From Vicugna vicugna (taxonomy: Eukaryota), in NCBI GenBank assembly GCA_013265495.1, contig MU057776.1:1-64000 (forward strand): 64,000 nucleotides of DNA, in the 5' to 3' direction. The notes below the pieces were generated by a model. The model was given only the letters and a program-made list of their open reading frames with translations. It had not been told where the DNA came from and ran no database searches. The translations under genes were made by a program, and so were the position numbers. Of the stretch, positions 50,279-63,699 are shown one piece after another (positions within the stretch are counted from its first letter, which is position 1; each line of letters opens with the position of its first letter).

Positions 50279-51776
50279 TCACGCCACGGAGCTCCTCTTG
50301 TAGTTCTCCATATGGAACAGCACCCAGCCCGCGGGGAACAGGAAGCTGAGGAACACCGCAGAGAGCCCGATGGCCTGCTCCTGGGTGAGGAAGTGCACAT
50401 GAGTCCACTAGGCCCAGGCTGACTGCCTCTGTCCCCGGGTCCTGCTGGAGCAGCAGTGGAGAATTAGACAGACTGCCCTGCGCCTCAGCTCCTGTTGGAC
50501 CCTGGGCCCAGCCGGGTTTACTCCGTTAACGCAGACTTCTCCCGAGTCAGGTGGGGATAGCCTGTGAGCTGTGAGCAGTGACCGCTGACTGCAGTCGTCA
50601 GAGGACAGCCTGTGCGGAGACCAGGGTGAGCAGCCTTGGGGTCCAGTCTCTGAGTCAGGCCCCTCATCACAGCCCCACCCACCTGCCCAGAGCCTGCCTG
50701 GCCGCCTGTGCCGTGACCTTGAACTCCTTTCACCAGGCAGGGTGTACCCTCCCTTCTGGTTACCTGCCGACGTTTGTGGTCAGGTGTAGTGTTAAGTTAC
50801 TTGTCACAAGTTTGGGGCCCTTTCTTGGGTCTGGGTGGAGGCGGTGGAACGCCTTACGCTGAGTGTGTGCAGGTGTGCGAGGCCATCCCACCGGGACCCC
50901 CGCGCAGTCAGTGGCTGCACTCAGCCAGGCTCTGAGGCACCAGCTGTATTTCACCGTCATTGTTTCCTCCTGAAACAGCCCAGACCAGTCGCCCCTCCCC
51001 TTCCTCCAAGTGACTCGGACACCAAGATGGAGGCCAGTCCTTCCTTTAGACTTTCACTCTCAGAGGTTTAAAAGCGATGTTGGCCTAGAACAGGGACCAC
51101 AGGCTGGCTTCAGATCTAGGCTTATGACCTTGGGCAGGTGACCTTCTAGACCCTGGTTTATTTATGCTTGAAACGGATGTTGAGCTCTGCTGGAGCCTGA
51201 GGGTCACAGGTTTACGTTTTCGCCTGTGCTCTCACTGACCCTCAAAGCATCCCACTCTCTGCCTTTAACGGGTGGTGAAGCTGGAGGGTCCACTGAGCGC
51301 CCTCCAAGGTCAGCTGTTAGCACCCGCCATTTGCCAGAAGGCAAGTAGGGGCCTGAGAATGGAGAGCCCCCCACCCCTGCTGACTCTGCAGGCTGCTTTG
51401 GGGCCTGGCCTGCGGGCGGCAGCTGCAGGGACCCTTTCCCGGACTTGGGACACTTCCGGCCAAAGGACTGAGACCCAGCACTAGGATCCCCTCTACAGGT
51501 AGCCCTGGGAGGACACCCTCTCCCCTTCTGTGTCCTCCCTTAAACCCACCTCATCCTGAGCACATTTCAGGACTGCCCTCTCCCCCTGCCCAGGTCGGGG
51601 CCGCCTCCCACCCCCTCACCTCCCCACTCCCCCCACCCCACCCCTGCTGCCTTGAGGGGACTGACCTTTGGGGAAGTGGGAGTTCTGGCTGGCTTGGCAG
51701 AGATGTGCGCCTTGGGAACCACCCAGCCCCTCAGGGGGGCTTGCAGCAGCCTGGTGGTGGGGGCCAACCTCAGCAT
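50279..51776 (-). CDS. COX8B: Cytochrome c oxidase subunit 8B (COX8H, heart/muscle isoform), 70 aa, 2 exons
   Basis: Exon 1 51776-51666 (MLRLAPTTRLLQAPLRGWVVPKAHISAKPARTPTSPK|gtcagt) and exon 2 50380-50279 (cag|EQAIGLSAVFLSFLFPAGWVLFHMENYKRSSVA*). Mitochondrial presequence plus a single TM helix, close to recalled bovine COX8H. TATAAAAA at 51868-51861 and ATTAAA at 50239-50234. Mouse Cox8b lies next to Psmd13. Confidence 0.95.
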
Positions 51777-51860
51777 GGCTGTTGGGCCGAGCTCCTCCCT
51801 AGCCCAGTGAAGTTCCAAGTGTCCGCCCGGTGTGTCCTCTGCTCGCTTGCTTGTTGGGGC

Positions 51861-51891
51861 TTTTTATAGCTCGAGCAGGCAGCCGCAGCTG
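51861..51891 (-). promoter_or_regulatory. COX8B core promoter: TATA box and adjacent CAGCTG E-box
   Basis: Minus-strand TATAAAAA at 51868-51861, ~85 nt upstream of the ATG; CAGCTG at 51886-51891. Confidence 0.75.
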
Positions 51892-54800
51892 TCCCCTCCT
51901 GTCACAGGGCTGGCAGAAGGGAGCCTGCTTGGAACTGGGAAAGAGGAGGCCTCAGACCAGCAGCCTCCAGGCCCAGCTCCTGGTGTGGCCCCAGGGGCTT
52001 CGAGCCCCTTGCAGCGCAGGTTTGGCCCTCATGGAAAGGGCTTTCACTTCTTTGTAGGAAAGTACTCAGTAAAGGTTCAAGACCAGGGAAGCTGGGTCTG
52101 AGAAGGCAAGAGAGGCAAGTGACATGATTTAAGAGCTGACTAAATACTGGAAGTGTCAATAGGCAGTACCACACAGAGCTACTTTAAAATCCCCTAACTT
52201 GGGGATTCCTAACCTTAACTCCTGGGGCAGCCCTGCTCCACCTGGGCACAGCCTGTAGCCAGTCTGAGCAGCCTGTTCCTGGGGTGGTGGGCTGTGCCGG
52301 AGCAGAGGGGAAGAAGTTCAGCAGACACTCGGGTCTCTGCTCCTGGGCCCGCATGTCGGTCAAGGCACCCAGGGCCAGATGTGCCTGGCCAGCTGCCTGC
52401 CGGACCCCAGGAAGTCATCCCAGCCCTGCCCGCACACCTGTCTGGTGTGAGCTGGAGGCCCTGTTCTCTTACTTCTGCAGACATTCCTTCCCGCAGCAAA
52501 CATTTGTTAGTCAATTCATTTTCCTGCTCTCTCCGAGGCTTTCACTTCTTCTGTCTGTGCAAACATCCCCCCACCCCAAGCAGTGAGTTCCCTGAGAGAA
52601 TGGAAGTGACCAGAAAGGACCGCTGCCTGACCTGGTCACTGTGCAGAAGGCAGTGGGCCTGCCTGTGCTGCCCCAGACAGCTGAACCCTAACCCGAACCC
52701 TGTGTCCCCAGACCCCCTCCTGCCAGATGCCAAAGGCTGGCCATTCTCCTTGGCCATCCTGCTTCTGCCACCTCGTCCAGACCCTCTCTGACCTCTGGCA
52801 GCCCCAGGACCTTTGCTGCCTTCCCACCCACTGTCTCTGGGTCTGTCCAGCCTTGGCAACCCCAGTGGCTCCTTGTCAGTCATGGTATTTGGGCTGTGTT
52901 GACATGAACCTTCATCCGCACCTGTGGGTGGATTCCCGAGGCCTGCCTGGCATGTGTCCTCCACGCTTTCCCCTCCCAGCTGTTCAGGACAGATATCTGA
53001 GCACCAGCCTTCAGCTCTGCACTCACATCCAGTGGTGCTCACACCCTGCATCCAGTCCACCAACATTGCACCCCACAGAACCCACTCCCCATCCTCCCCA
53101 AGTCCAGCCTCCACAGCTGCTCCACCCTGCAACCGGGACAGTCCTCCTAGAACACTTGGCGCTGCCCCTGCCCAGTGCTCCCCACAGGCTCCTGTCACTT
53201 CCTTCCCATGTCCCCCAGGCAGGGGGCCCTGACCACTGCCACCTTGCCTCTCACCTGCTCCGCCTGTATCTGCGCACGTGCTGGCCCCTGCCTTGTCCCA
53301 GACACGCCACTCCCGCCCTGCGCTGCTGCCTTTGCAGGAAACTTTCCCGCCTGTTTCCTTTTGTTTTCAGATCACTCAGGCCCTGATCAAGTGACATCTC
53401 AGATGTGCCTCGTAGCCGATATGACACCCCACGAGGGCAGGGACTGGTGTGTCCTCCAGTCAGTGTGGGATGGAGGTGGAGGTGGACGGATGGGTGGTCA
53501 GTGCAGGGTGGGTGGAGATTCGGGTTAGACTGAAGGGAGACAGATTGAGTCAGATATGACAGGAGGCACAGGATCACAGCCCATCGTCAGAATGACCTGA
53601 AAGGTTGACATTAACAGTGATAAAGGCCACAGCCCAGAGCGTGCTCTTCAGCTCTCCAGACCAGGTCGGCGTGGCTGTGAGGAGCAGAGCAGCGGCAGGA
53701 CATCTGACCACGTCGGTCCTAAGCCCCCCGACTCAACCATGGTCTCCATCCTCCTGAGGGACGATCACATCCCGTCAGTCTGGGTGGAAATGGTGATTGG
53801 TGATGTAACTACACTCCAAGAGGAACATCATTTTACTTTCGTTCTTCCCTGGAAACCACACTTGTTCCAAATGTGGGGCTCGCTTCTGGGCTCCATGCCC
53901 CGCCTCTCAAGGCCCTGGCCTGACCGCCTTCCTGAGACTTGGTTTCCCAGGGAGGAGCCAAGTCCTGGGAGGCCACAGAGGGGAGTGTGTCCTGAATGTT
54001 ATCTCCAGCAGCACTGGGCCCCAGTGCCAGCCTCGGGCTGTGGGGGGCTCTGCCCCTCCTCTGGAATAATCCCTTCCGCCTGAACCTTTAATTATAGCTG
54101 TGGGGTCCAGCTGGGGATAAGACTGACTCAGGGCCAGTCACCCAGTCTAGGAAGTTCCTTCTTTCACAGATAAGACCTCCTGCCCCACTGCCCAGGCCTG
54201 GCTCCACCCTTCCCAGCTTGAGAGGGGTGGGGGTGCAGGCAGTTGAGGAGGGGTGCAGCAGAGTGCCCACTGTGCTCTGGGAGTCCGCTCCAGGCTTCCA
54301 AGCAAGTCCCTGTGCTGGACGGTGTGATGCCCTCCGTGAGGACCAGGGCAGGGGAGATGGGGTCTTGCAAGCCTCTCCTCCAGCCTGGATGGCCACACCA
54401 GTTCCAGCCCCTTCCTATCCACCTCCCACAGCCCTCTGACCTTCCCAAACTTTCCAAGCACAAACCTGCCCTTGCTCTCTGTCCACGCAGCTTCTGAGGC
54501 TCCTACCACCTGTGGCAATAAGCAACTGGCCTCACCCTAGCTTGGGTTTAGTCCCCAGAACCAGCTCTTCAAACCAAACCCTGTGCAGATCCCTGCTGCC
54601 CCAAACCACACGAGGCTGCTGCGGGTGGGAGGCCTGGCTCAGCCTCTCACTTCGTAAGCAAGGCCATGCTAGCCCGCTGCAGAGTGCAGCCCTGTATCCT
54701 GGACCCTCCTCCTCTCCTGAAAGAAAAACGGTGTGCCCCACAGAGAAAGTGGTGGCGGTCACATTGAACAAGGGATTAAAAGGCCCTGGGGATGCAGAGT

Positions 54801-55266
54801 GGAACGAGGGCTCCTGGAACAGCTGGGTAAACTGGGGCATGGAGAGGGAGCAGGGCCCTGGGCTCAGGGCCTATTCTGGCCTGTCCTGGACTAGGGTGGC
54901 ATCAGAAAAAGCTCTGGGGCTCTGGTGGACAGAAGTAACCCTCCTTCCTCCCCTGCCCTTATCTATCAGTCTCGATCTGATCTAGAGCTACATCTGTCCC
55001 TCCTGCCCCTGGGTATGGAGGTGGGGGGCACCGTGCTCACCCTCCCTTGCAAAGGTATAAGGCCACCTGGAAGGTCTGGGGTGGACACATGGCACCACCC
55101 TGTGTCCACACTTGGAACTGCAGGAGCTGTTGAAGAAAGGCAGTGACGGTGAAACGCAGTCCTCTGCGGCAGTTCTGGCATCAAGGACCCAGAAAAAATG
55201 CACACGAAGGCAAACATTTGCATCTAATTTTTGTCGCATTGGAAATCTGTTTTCATCACATAAAAC

Positions 55267-55415
55267 AGGTTTTCAAGGTGTGGTCTCTGGAGCAGCAGCA
55301 TCGTCTGGGAACTTGTTAGAAATCAGTCAGAAATTCTGGGGTGGTCCCAAGTGTCCATTACAACAAGCTCCCCCGCCTGGGAATTCTGATGCACGATCAA
55401 ATTTGAGAACCATTT
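55267..55415. mobile_element. MER5A-like hAT-Charlie DNA transposon
   Basis: 'gtgtggtc...agcagcagcatcgtctgggaacttgttagaaat...tgatgcacgatcaaatttgagaacca'. Confidence 0.75.
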
Positions 55416-55726
55416 TTATGCCATATAAAAACTCTGTGCTTTATATCTTCATTCAAAACCAAATGACCACTTCTAGAAAAATCAAACTCAGCCCTTCCTT
55501 TAATTTTCAAAAACACTTCCACCTAGTATCTCTCAGGGTTAGCAGAATCCACGGAAACTGGGGCTCCCGGGTAGAGACTGTGAGAGGCCTGTCCTTCCTC
55601 GCCCCACCGGCTCTGCGCTCCCCTCCTCCGAGCTCAGCTTCTGCCCAGGCCCTCTTCGCATGGAACGTGCCCACAGAGGTGCCAGTCAACAGTCAGGGCG
55701 TCTTCACAGCCCAGCGGTTTTGTTGG

Positions 55727-56180
55727 TGTGATAGTTAATTTTATGTGTCAGCTTGGCTGGGCCAGACGGTCAGTCAGACGTTACTCTGGGTGAATCTGTG
55801 AGAGTGTTTCTGGAGGAGATTAATACTTGAATTGGTGGACTGGGTAAAGCAGACTGCTGTCCACAGTGTGGGTGGCCTCACTCAGCTGGAGGACTGAATA
55901 GAACAGAAAGTTTGACCCTCCCATGCGTAAGAAGGACTCTTCTTGCCTGACGGCTTCACCTGGGACGTGGGCCTTTGGACTCAGCTGAAACATCAAGCTC
56001 TTGCAGGGCTCGAGGCTGCCCGCTTTCCGGCCGGAGCTGCCCTGCCAGGTGCCCCGCCAGCCACAGGTCTTGGGACTTCTCAGCCTCTGTGCTTCTGCGA
56101 GCCGTTCCTTGTAACAGACCTGTATCTGTCTATACCTGTATCCTGCCAGTTCTGTTTCTCAGAGAACCCTGACTGATACA
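55727..56180 (+). mobile_element. MLT2 (ERVL) solo LTR
   Basis: Starts 'tgtgatagttaattttatgtgtcagcttggctgggcc' and ends 'ttctgtttctcagagaaccctgactgataca' (TG...CA). Confidence 0.85.
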
Positions 56181-56184
56181 GTCG

Positions 56185-57400
56185 CATGGTACACTTGTCA
56201 TGGTTGATGAACCAGCATCCATACATCCTTATTAAGTAAGTAAAGTCCATACTTTACTCAGACTCCCTCGTTTCCCTCTAATGTCCTCCTCCTATTCCAG
56301 GACCCCCTCCCAGGGCCCTGCACAGCAGTAAGTCATCACATCTCCTTAGGCTCCTAAGGCTGGACTGCTCCTCAGACTGCCCTTGTTTCTGACGACGTGG
56401 ACAGTTTTGAAGAAAGCTACTCAGCTGTTTCATAGGGAACCCCCTCCTGGAATCTGCCTTCTGTTTTCCCCATGGTTCTCTGGGTGTGGGGTTTGGAAAG
56501 ACGACCACAGGGGTGAACGCCCTCCTCGTCACACCCCATCGAGGGCACAGACTGCCAGTGCGGCCTGTCAGTGACGTTCACCTTCATCTCCTGGCTGAGG
56601 TCGGCTTTGTCAGGTTTTCACTGTGAAGTCACTCTTTCTTTCCCCCTTCCACCCTGCACTTGGGAGGAGGTCCCTGTGCACAGGCTGCTCTCGAGGGCTG
56701 CAGAGCGCTGCTCCAGCACCTTGGGTCTGGGGTGTCCACATAAAGCATTCGGGACTCTTTTGCATGGGAGATTTGCTTGCACTTATGATTATTCGTTATT
56801 TCACCCATTACTCACTTACTCGTTTATTATTTACTCAGTGCTTTGTACTAGCGTGGACTCGTGGGTGTTTGTTTTCCCCTTGGACTATAATCATCGCTGC
56901 TTTGCCCAGGCTTGGTGCTGGGAGTTCTTTCTTTTGGCTCCTGTGTCCCTTTGGAGCACCTTTTTCCTTGTGGAGTTTTTGTTTGTTCGTTTGTTTTGAG
57001 CACTTTCTCACTTGCTGGCACTATAAAGTGCTCACCTTACATGTTTTCTGCCCCAGTCCTAAAAGAGCCAAGAAACCCTGGTCCCTTTTATTGGTGAATG
57101 GCATGAGAAACCAAGATCTGGGTGGATACACAGCATTATGCACCTGTCAAATTCACAGAACTTTACAACACAAAGAGGAACATTAATGTATACAAGTTTA
57201 AAATATCATGTAGGATGCCAGGGAATCCCAGGACTAATGCAGTATGTCACCAAAGAATCTAACCACATTATAAATATATGAAACCATCTCAGGGAAGGGA
57301 GTGGGGGAAAGTTGCTGACCTAAGTAACTTCGAAAATGAGTGGAGTCTATAAGGGTAAAGACAAAAGAAACTGCAGAAAAGTACTGTCCCCTAGGTTACA
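56185..57400. mobile_element. Old L1M 3' fragments (antisense, then sense)
   Basis: Antisense L1MB/MC-like sequence at ~56185-57120 and sense 'gcattatgcacctgtcaaattcacagaac...' at ~57120-57400. Confidence 0.55.
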
Positions 57401-58204
57401 AAGTAGCTTCCCGTGGGGGAATGTGTGTGTATGTTTATATATGTGTTTATACACCAGTTTTGCAAAATCAACAGATAATTTATACATACAATGTATATAT
57501 GTGAGTGTGCTTATGTGTATAACCGGTGCCTGCGGTAACAGAAGGCCAGCTCAGCGGAAGCGTGGCTGAGTAGACGCTGCCAGCAGTGCTCTGGGGTCCC
57601 TGCTCCGTCCCCCTGACACCTGGCTGGACTACCTTTCCCACTTTTCTTGCTGTTGGGATTGGCACATGATTCTGAGAGGAAGTGACAGGTACAACTTCCT
57701 GATCTGAAGATGAAAACTTTCATGCGTCAGGTTGTTTTTTTAGAGCACTCTTCATAGTAGGGGGAAATGGGAATAATCCAATTTTTGTTAAGGCCCTGCT
57801 TAAATCACTGGTACACCTCTACCATGGAGAGCAACGATCACGGTAAAAAGGGTGAGGTCCGTCCATGTGTGCTAACACGAAGAGATGTCCAGAACATGAT
57901 GGTTATTAAATGAACCAACTAAGTTAAAAAGCATCGTAACAGACCCACACGATGGGATGCTACTCGGCAGTGAACAGGAACGAACTACCCAGACACACAA
58001 CCATGTGGAGGAGTCTGGCACACGTTATGCTGAGTGAGAGCCCGGGCTCAGAAACTACGTGCTGTCTCCAGGGCTGGCCAGCTGCGGCCTGTGAGTCAAA
58101 TCCAGCCCAAATTTTGTGTTTGTGTGGGCTGCGGGTAAAGGATTCTTTTTTTTTACATTTTAAAGTGTTGTGTAAGAAAAAGAAAAAGTAAGAGTATGTG
58201 AAAG

Positions 58205-60262
58205 CACACATTTTAAAATGAAAAATAGCAATAATACAGCATATGAAAACTTACAGGATATAGCTAAACAAATTCACGCTTTGAGGGAAATTTATACACG
58301 TGAAATTTTAAAATTTATATACATATATATACACACACATTATAAATATATATGTTAAAAAATAAGAAAAACTAAAAAGCGATGATCTAAGCATTCCTCT
58401 CAAGAATTTAAGTGGAAAAGCAAAACACTCCAAGAATGTAGAAGTAATAAAATAATAAAAATGAGAGAAAATTAATAAAAATAGAAAATATACAATAGAG
58501 TTAACAAAGCCAAAAACAAAAAAAAAAAAAAAAAATTTTTTTCTTTAAAAAAATTGAGACACTCCAGATGTAACTGTTTAAGAAAACAGAAGATAGAAAT
58601 AACCAATTTCAGTAATGAAAAAGGGTGAACATGGATGTAGAAATCTTCAAAAATATTAGCAGGCGAAATTCAGTAACACATTAAGAGGCTTGTACACTAT
58701 CATCAGGTAGGACTTATCCCAGGGATGCAAGGACGGTTCAACATCTGCAAATCAATCAATGTGATCCACCAAATCAACAAAATGAAGAGTAAAAATCATA
58801 TGATTCTCTCAATACATGCATAAAAGGCATTTGACAAAATTCAGCATCCCTTCATGATAAACACTCTTAACAAATTATGTATAGATAGCATACACTCAAC
58901 ATAATAAAGGCCATATATGACAAGCCCACAGCCAACAGCACACTCAGCTGTGAAGAGCTAAAAGCTTCTGTCCAAGATCAGGGACAAGACAAGGATGCCC
59001 ACTCTTGCCACTTTTATTCAGTGTTGTATTGAAAGCACCAGCCAGAACAATTGGGCGAGAAAAAGAAATCAAAGGCATGCAAGTGACAAAGGAAGGAGCA
59101 GAACAGTCACTATCTGCAGACACGACGATATGATACAGGGAGACACTGAAGATGCCCCCAGAACCATTAGAAGTGATGAGCCAGCACAGTAGAGCTGTAG
59201 CATACAAAGTCAATATACAAAAATCTGCTGCATTTCTATATACTTTATAATGAATTACCAGAAAAAGAAACAAAGGAAAAAAATCCATTTACAATTGCAT
59301 CAAAAAGAATAAAATACCTAGGAATAAATTTAACCAAAGAATTGAAAGATCTGTACACTGAAAAATATGAAACAGTGATGAAAGAAAATTAAAGAGGACA
59401 CAAGTAAGTGGAAAGATAGTCCATGCTCATGGGCAGGGAGAATTAATTTTGTTAAAATGCCGATACTACCCAAAGCAATCTACAGATTCAGTGCAATCCC
59501 TATCAAATTTCCAACGGCATTTTTCACAGAAATAGAACAAACTATCCTAAAATTCGTATGCAACCACCAAAGACCTTGAATAGCCAGAGCAATTTTGAAA
59601 AAGAACAAAGCTGGAGGCATCACTGCCTTCAGATTTTAAACTATATTACAAAGCTAGAGTAATCTATTCTATTTTCAGTGAAACAGAATAGAGAGCCCAG
59701 AAATAAACCCACGCATATATGGTCAATTAATTTATGGCAAAAGAGCAAGGAATATGCAATGGAGAAAGGACAGTTCTTCAATAAATGGTGTTGAGAAAAA
59801 TGGACAGCTATAGGCAAGAGAATGAAATGGGACCACCATCCTACACCATTCACAAAAATTAACTCAGAATGAATTGAAAACATGAATGTAAGACCCGAAG
59901 CCATAAAACCCCTAGAAGAGAACATAGGCTACAGCAAGTTCCTGCACATCAGTCATGATGATGATTGTTTTGGATTTGACACCAAAAGCAATGGCAGCAA
60001 AAGCAAAAATAAACAAGTGGGACTGCAGCAAACTAGAAAGCTCTGCACAGCAGAGGAAACCATCAACAAGTGAAAAGGCAGCCTACTGCACGGAAGAGAA
60101 TATTTGTAAATCATGTATCAGATAAAGGATTAACATCCAAAATATATGAAGAACTCATATAACTCAATAGTGGAAAAAAAAATCCAGTTAAAAATGGGCA
60201 GAGGCTCTGAATACAGGTTTTCCCAAAGAAGACATACAGAACGCCAACAGGTGCATGAAAAG
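58205..60262 (+). mobile_element. LINE-1 ORF2 (reverse-transcriptase region) fragment, with stops, frameshifts and internal deletions
   Basis: Classic ORF2 sequence: 'ttatcccagggatgcaaggacggttcaacatctgcaaatcaatcaatgtgat', 'gggacaagacaaggatgcccactct', 'ctatctgcagacacgacgatatgat' (degenerate FADD region), 'aaatacctaggaataaatttaacc'. Confidence 0.93.
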
Positions 60263-61237
60263 GCGCAGGGAGAGAGTGGGGCCCAAAGCACCACAGGACC
60301 CCCGTGGTGGGCGCGGGGGCTGAGGACTATGGATGCAGAGCAGGACGTGGGCTCAGGAGCTGGGGGCAGTGAGGGTCCAGCCTTCGAGGCTGGTGGGTGC
60401 ATAGTGAGTCTGTCCAGAGTCTGTCTCCAGCCGAGCTCAGTGGCACAGGTCTGACAGGGTCAGTTAGATTTTTTCCCAAGTGAGAACCACGGAGCGAGAG
60501 AAGGCCCAGGGTGTTCCTAGTGACCACAGCAGCTTCTGTGGCGCATGTGCAGGGGGACGCAAGGGGCCAGGGACAGTGGAAGTTTGTCGGATTCATGGCT
60601 TGGAGGTCCTGGCGGGCAGAATCAAGGGGGAGTGACCTGGAATGGGGGGGGCCGGGCAGAGTAGGGTGGTGAGGGCCACTTGGGGGCTGCTGGGGGGGGG
60701 CCTCTCCATCTCTATCCCCACCTTGCCTCAATCCTTTCCCACCCAATCTATCAGCTGTATTGAACCCTTCTCCCACAAATATGCAGAATGTGATCCCCTC
60801 CCTCCTGGGACCCTGTCGAGCCCAACCACTCCCCTTGGTCTCAGCAACTTCCTCTGGCAGCAGGGCTGAGACCTCCTCTCACACCCTCACAGCCACCGCG
60901 GTCTCCTGGGTCCTGTACAGGCCGGCTCCTGCCAGACCTCAGCACAGCTGTCCCCCTGGGAGCCACATGCTCCTCCTCACTTACACACTGCCTTCCCTGA
61001 CTGCTGTCCCCAGGTCCACCTGTGCACCCACTTCCTGTCTCCTCTCTCTGTTCTGCTCTGTCCTTGGCGCTGCTTAATTCATGTGTAGTTTATTGACTTA
61101 TCCTGTTTCTTTTCTGCCTCCCCAACAGGGTGTGAGCGCCTTCGAGGCAGGAGACTCCTCTCCTGTTACTCAGCACCACGTCTTCAGGTGCTGCTCTGCC
61201 ATCCCAGGCGGGCAGCCACGCTGTGGGGCAGGCACTT

Positions 61238-62385
61238 TCTTATTGTGGTAAAGTATCAATAACATGAGATGTTTCACTTTAACCATTTTGAAGTGTACGA
61301 TTCAGTGGCATTAATTACAGTCACAATATTGTTCAACAGCCACACTATTCCTCAACCCTTTCCTCACCCCAGGACGCCCCTGCATCCACTGAGCAAGAAA
61401 CCCCACCTCCCCTCTCCCCTGGTCCCTGGTAACTTCTCTAATCTGCTTCTTGTCTCTATGAACTGGCCTGTTCTATTTCGTATCAGTGGAATCACATAGT
61501 ATTTGTCCTTTTGCATCTGGCTCATTTCACTTCGCATGTTTTCAAGGTTCATCCTTGTAGCGTGCGTCACAATTTCATTCTTTTGTGGCTGGATACTATT
61601 CCATTGTACGTACCACATTTTGTTTTACCTGTTCATCTATTCATGGACACTTGGGTTGTTTCCACCTTTTGGCTCCATAATAATGCTGTTATGAATGTTC
61701 GAGGACGAGAATTGGTTCGAGCCCCTGTTTCAGTTCTTCTGAGTGTACTGAGAAACCACCAAACTCTTTCTCACAGTAGCTGTGCTTTTCCCTTCCCCAC
61801 CAGCAGTGCACAAGAATTCCAACTTTTTCACATCCTCACCAACACTTTGGGTTTTTCCCATTTTCTTTTTTTCAGCAACAAGTCATCCTAGTGGATGTGA
61901 AGTGGTGTCTCACTGTGGTTTTCAATCACGTTTTCCAAAGACTAATGATTTGGGGCATCTTCTCATTTGTACATCTTCTCTGGATAAATGTCTGTTCAAA
62001 TTCTTGCCCATTTTTTAATTGGAATTTTTGAGTTTTATTTTGGGGCCATAGAAGTTCTTCATACATCCTGGGTATTAATCCCTCATCAGTTGTGTGACTT
62101 GCAAATATTTTCTCCCTCCCACTCTGTGGGTTGTCTTTACACTCTCTTGATGGTGTCCTTTGATGCACAAAAGTCTTTGCTTTTGATGAAGTCAAATTTT
62201 TTTTGTTCCTTTTGCTGCTCATGCTTTTGGCGTCATATCTAAGAATTCACTGCCAAATCCAAGATCATGAAGATTTCCTGCTACGCTTCTTCTTGACTTT
62301 TATAGTTTTAGCTCTTAAGCTGAGGTCTTAGTTTCATTTTGAGTTAGTTTTTGTATGTGGCGTGAGCTAGGAATCCAGCTCCATC
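61238..62385 (-). mobile_element. LINE-1 3' UTR/ORF2-end fragment, antisense
   Basis: 'taaccattttgaagtgtacgattcagtggcatta', 'catggacacttgggttgtttccaccttttggct', 'gtgtcctttgatgcacaaaagt'. Confidence 0.88.
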
Positions 62386-63699
62386 CAGGCACTGTTTTAA
62401 GTGCTGTAGACGATTTTTACTGGTATCCCCTCCCTTTCAGCTCACAATCCTAGGAAGTCCGGATGAAGCAGATGAAGACACGTGGGCCCAGGGAGGTCAG
62501 GAGCTTGTCTGGGGTCACACAGTGGCCAGCGCATTGCAGAACCAGGAGTTAGGCTATGCACTGGACCCCCAGACCCCCAGACTGGGAAGCTTCTGGAGAC
62601 CAGGTCATGGATGAGAGGTGGAGAGTGAAGGGAGGCTGTCTTAGGCAGGCGGGTGCCTCTGTGGGGTGACATTTGAACACAGGTGGGAGGGAGGGGTGTA
62701 TGGCATCCACCTTCTGTGCGCACACACAAGAGCTGCGCTGTGGGTCTTGTCCCGGGAGAGGAGGAGGCTCACAGGTGGGCGTGCCAGGCGGGGTGGTCCT
62801 GCCGGCAACAGGCCCAGAGTAATCTACGCGCAGGGGTGGGGCTTTGGCCTCCTGGAGCACAAGGTCTGGGACAAAGGCCCCTCACTTGTCTGTGACAGGG
62901 GCCACCCTGAGAGGGGCTCCCAAGTGCAGCAGCAACGCCCCAGCTGCTTCCCTGAGTCTAGTCCCCACCCACGGCCTCAGCAGCCAGGGGAGAGCCCTGC
63001 CCTGCAAGACAGCAGGGACCATCAGCCCTCCCCACCCCCACCCGCACCCCACCCCCGGAAAGAAGAGCTGAGTGCAGCTGCGTCTCAGCTGCCACCTGGC
63101 TCCTGCTAGCCCTCCTGTCTTCCTGGCCCTGAGCCTCCTGCAGAGGTGGGTGGGGACCCTCTTATCCATCTGATGAGGCAGTAAGGTGGGGGCTGTCCCC
63201 TGAAGCTGAAGGAGAACCCCACCCATGACCCTTCACTAAGCCTCGCCCACAGGTGGCCCCAGGAGCAAGACCCCCCTCAGGCAGAGACCAGCAGGACTTG
63301 GGGGGCCAGCAGGGATCGGGCTGCCTGCCCTCCTCATAGGCGGTGCTGTGGCCAAGGTCTGGACGTCCTAGGCTGGTGGGAGGCCACCCACCAGCTGCCA
63401 GCAAGACAAAACTTAGTTCAGCCTTGAGGGGACTTCAGTGTTCTTAGCAGCCCAAGTTCTGGAGGAAGCTGGGCACAGGGCGGGCACCCAGCAACCCCTG
63501 ATCTCCAAAGGTAGCAAAGGTCGGCGGCTGATAAGCCCCATAAAACTTTACGGGCCCTGTCCTTCCAAGGCGGGGCTGCTTTTCTCAAGGTCCTGCTGGC
63601 AGCCTTCCTGGCTAGACAGAGGCCTGGTTTCCGGGCTGTCTGAGGAGAACGCTTGAGCTAATCATTGATGAGATTACGATACAAGACTTTCTTTGTCTT

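Noticed and set aside
52542..54083. 218/219-aa overlapping ORFs and a 114-aa ATG ORF upstream of COX8B
   Set aside because: No recognisable protein family in any frame I read; looks like degenerate ancient repeat or intergenic DNA.
55112..55738. 208-aa ORF
   Set aside because: Non-ATG start; runs through a MER5A-like element into an MLT2 LTR.
58205..60262. Active or domesticated reverse transcriptase
   Set aside because: Multiple stops, frameshifts and deletions; an ordinary dead L1 ORF2 fragment.
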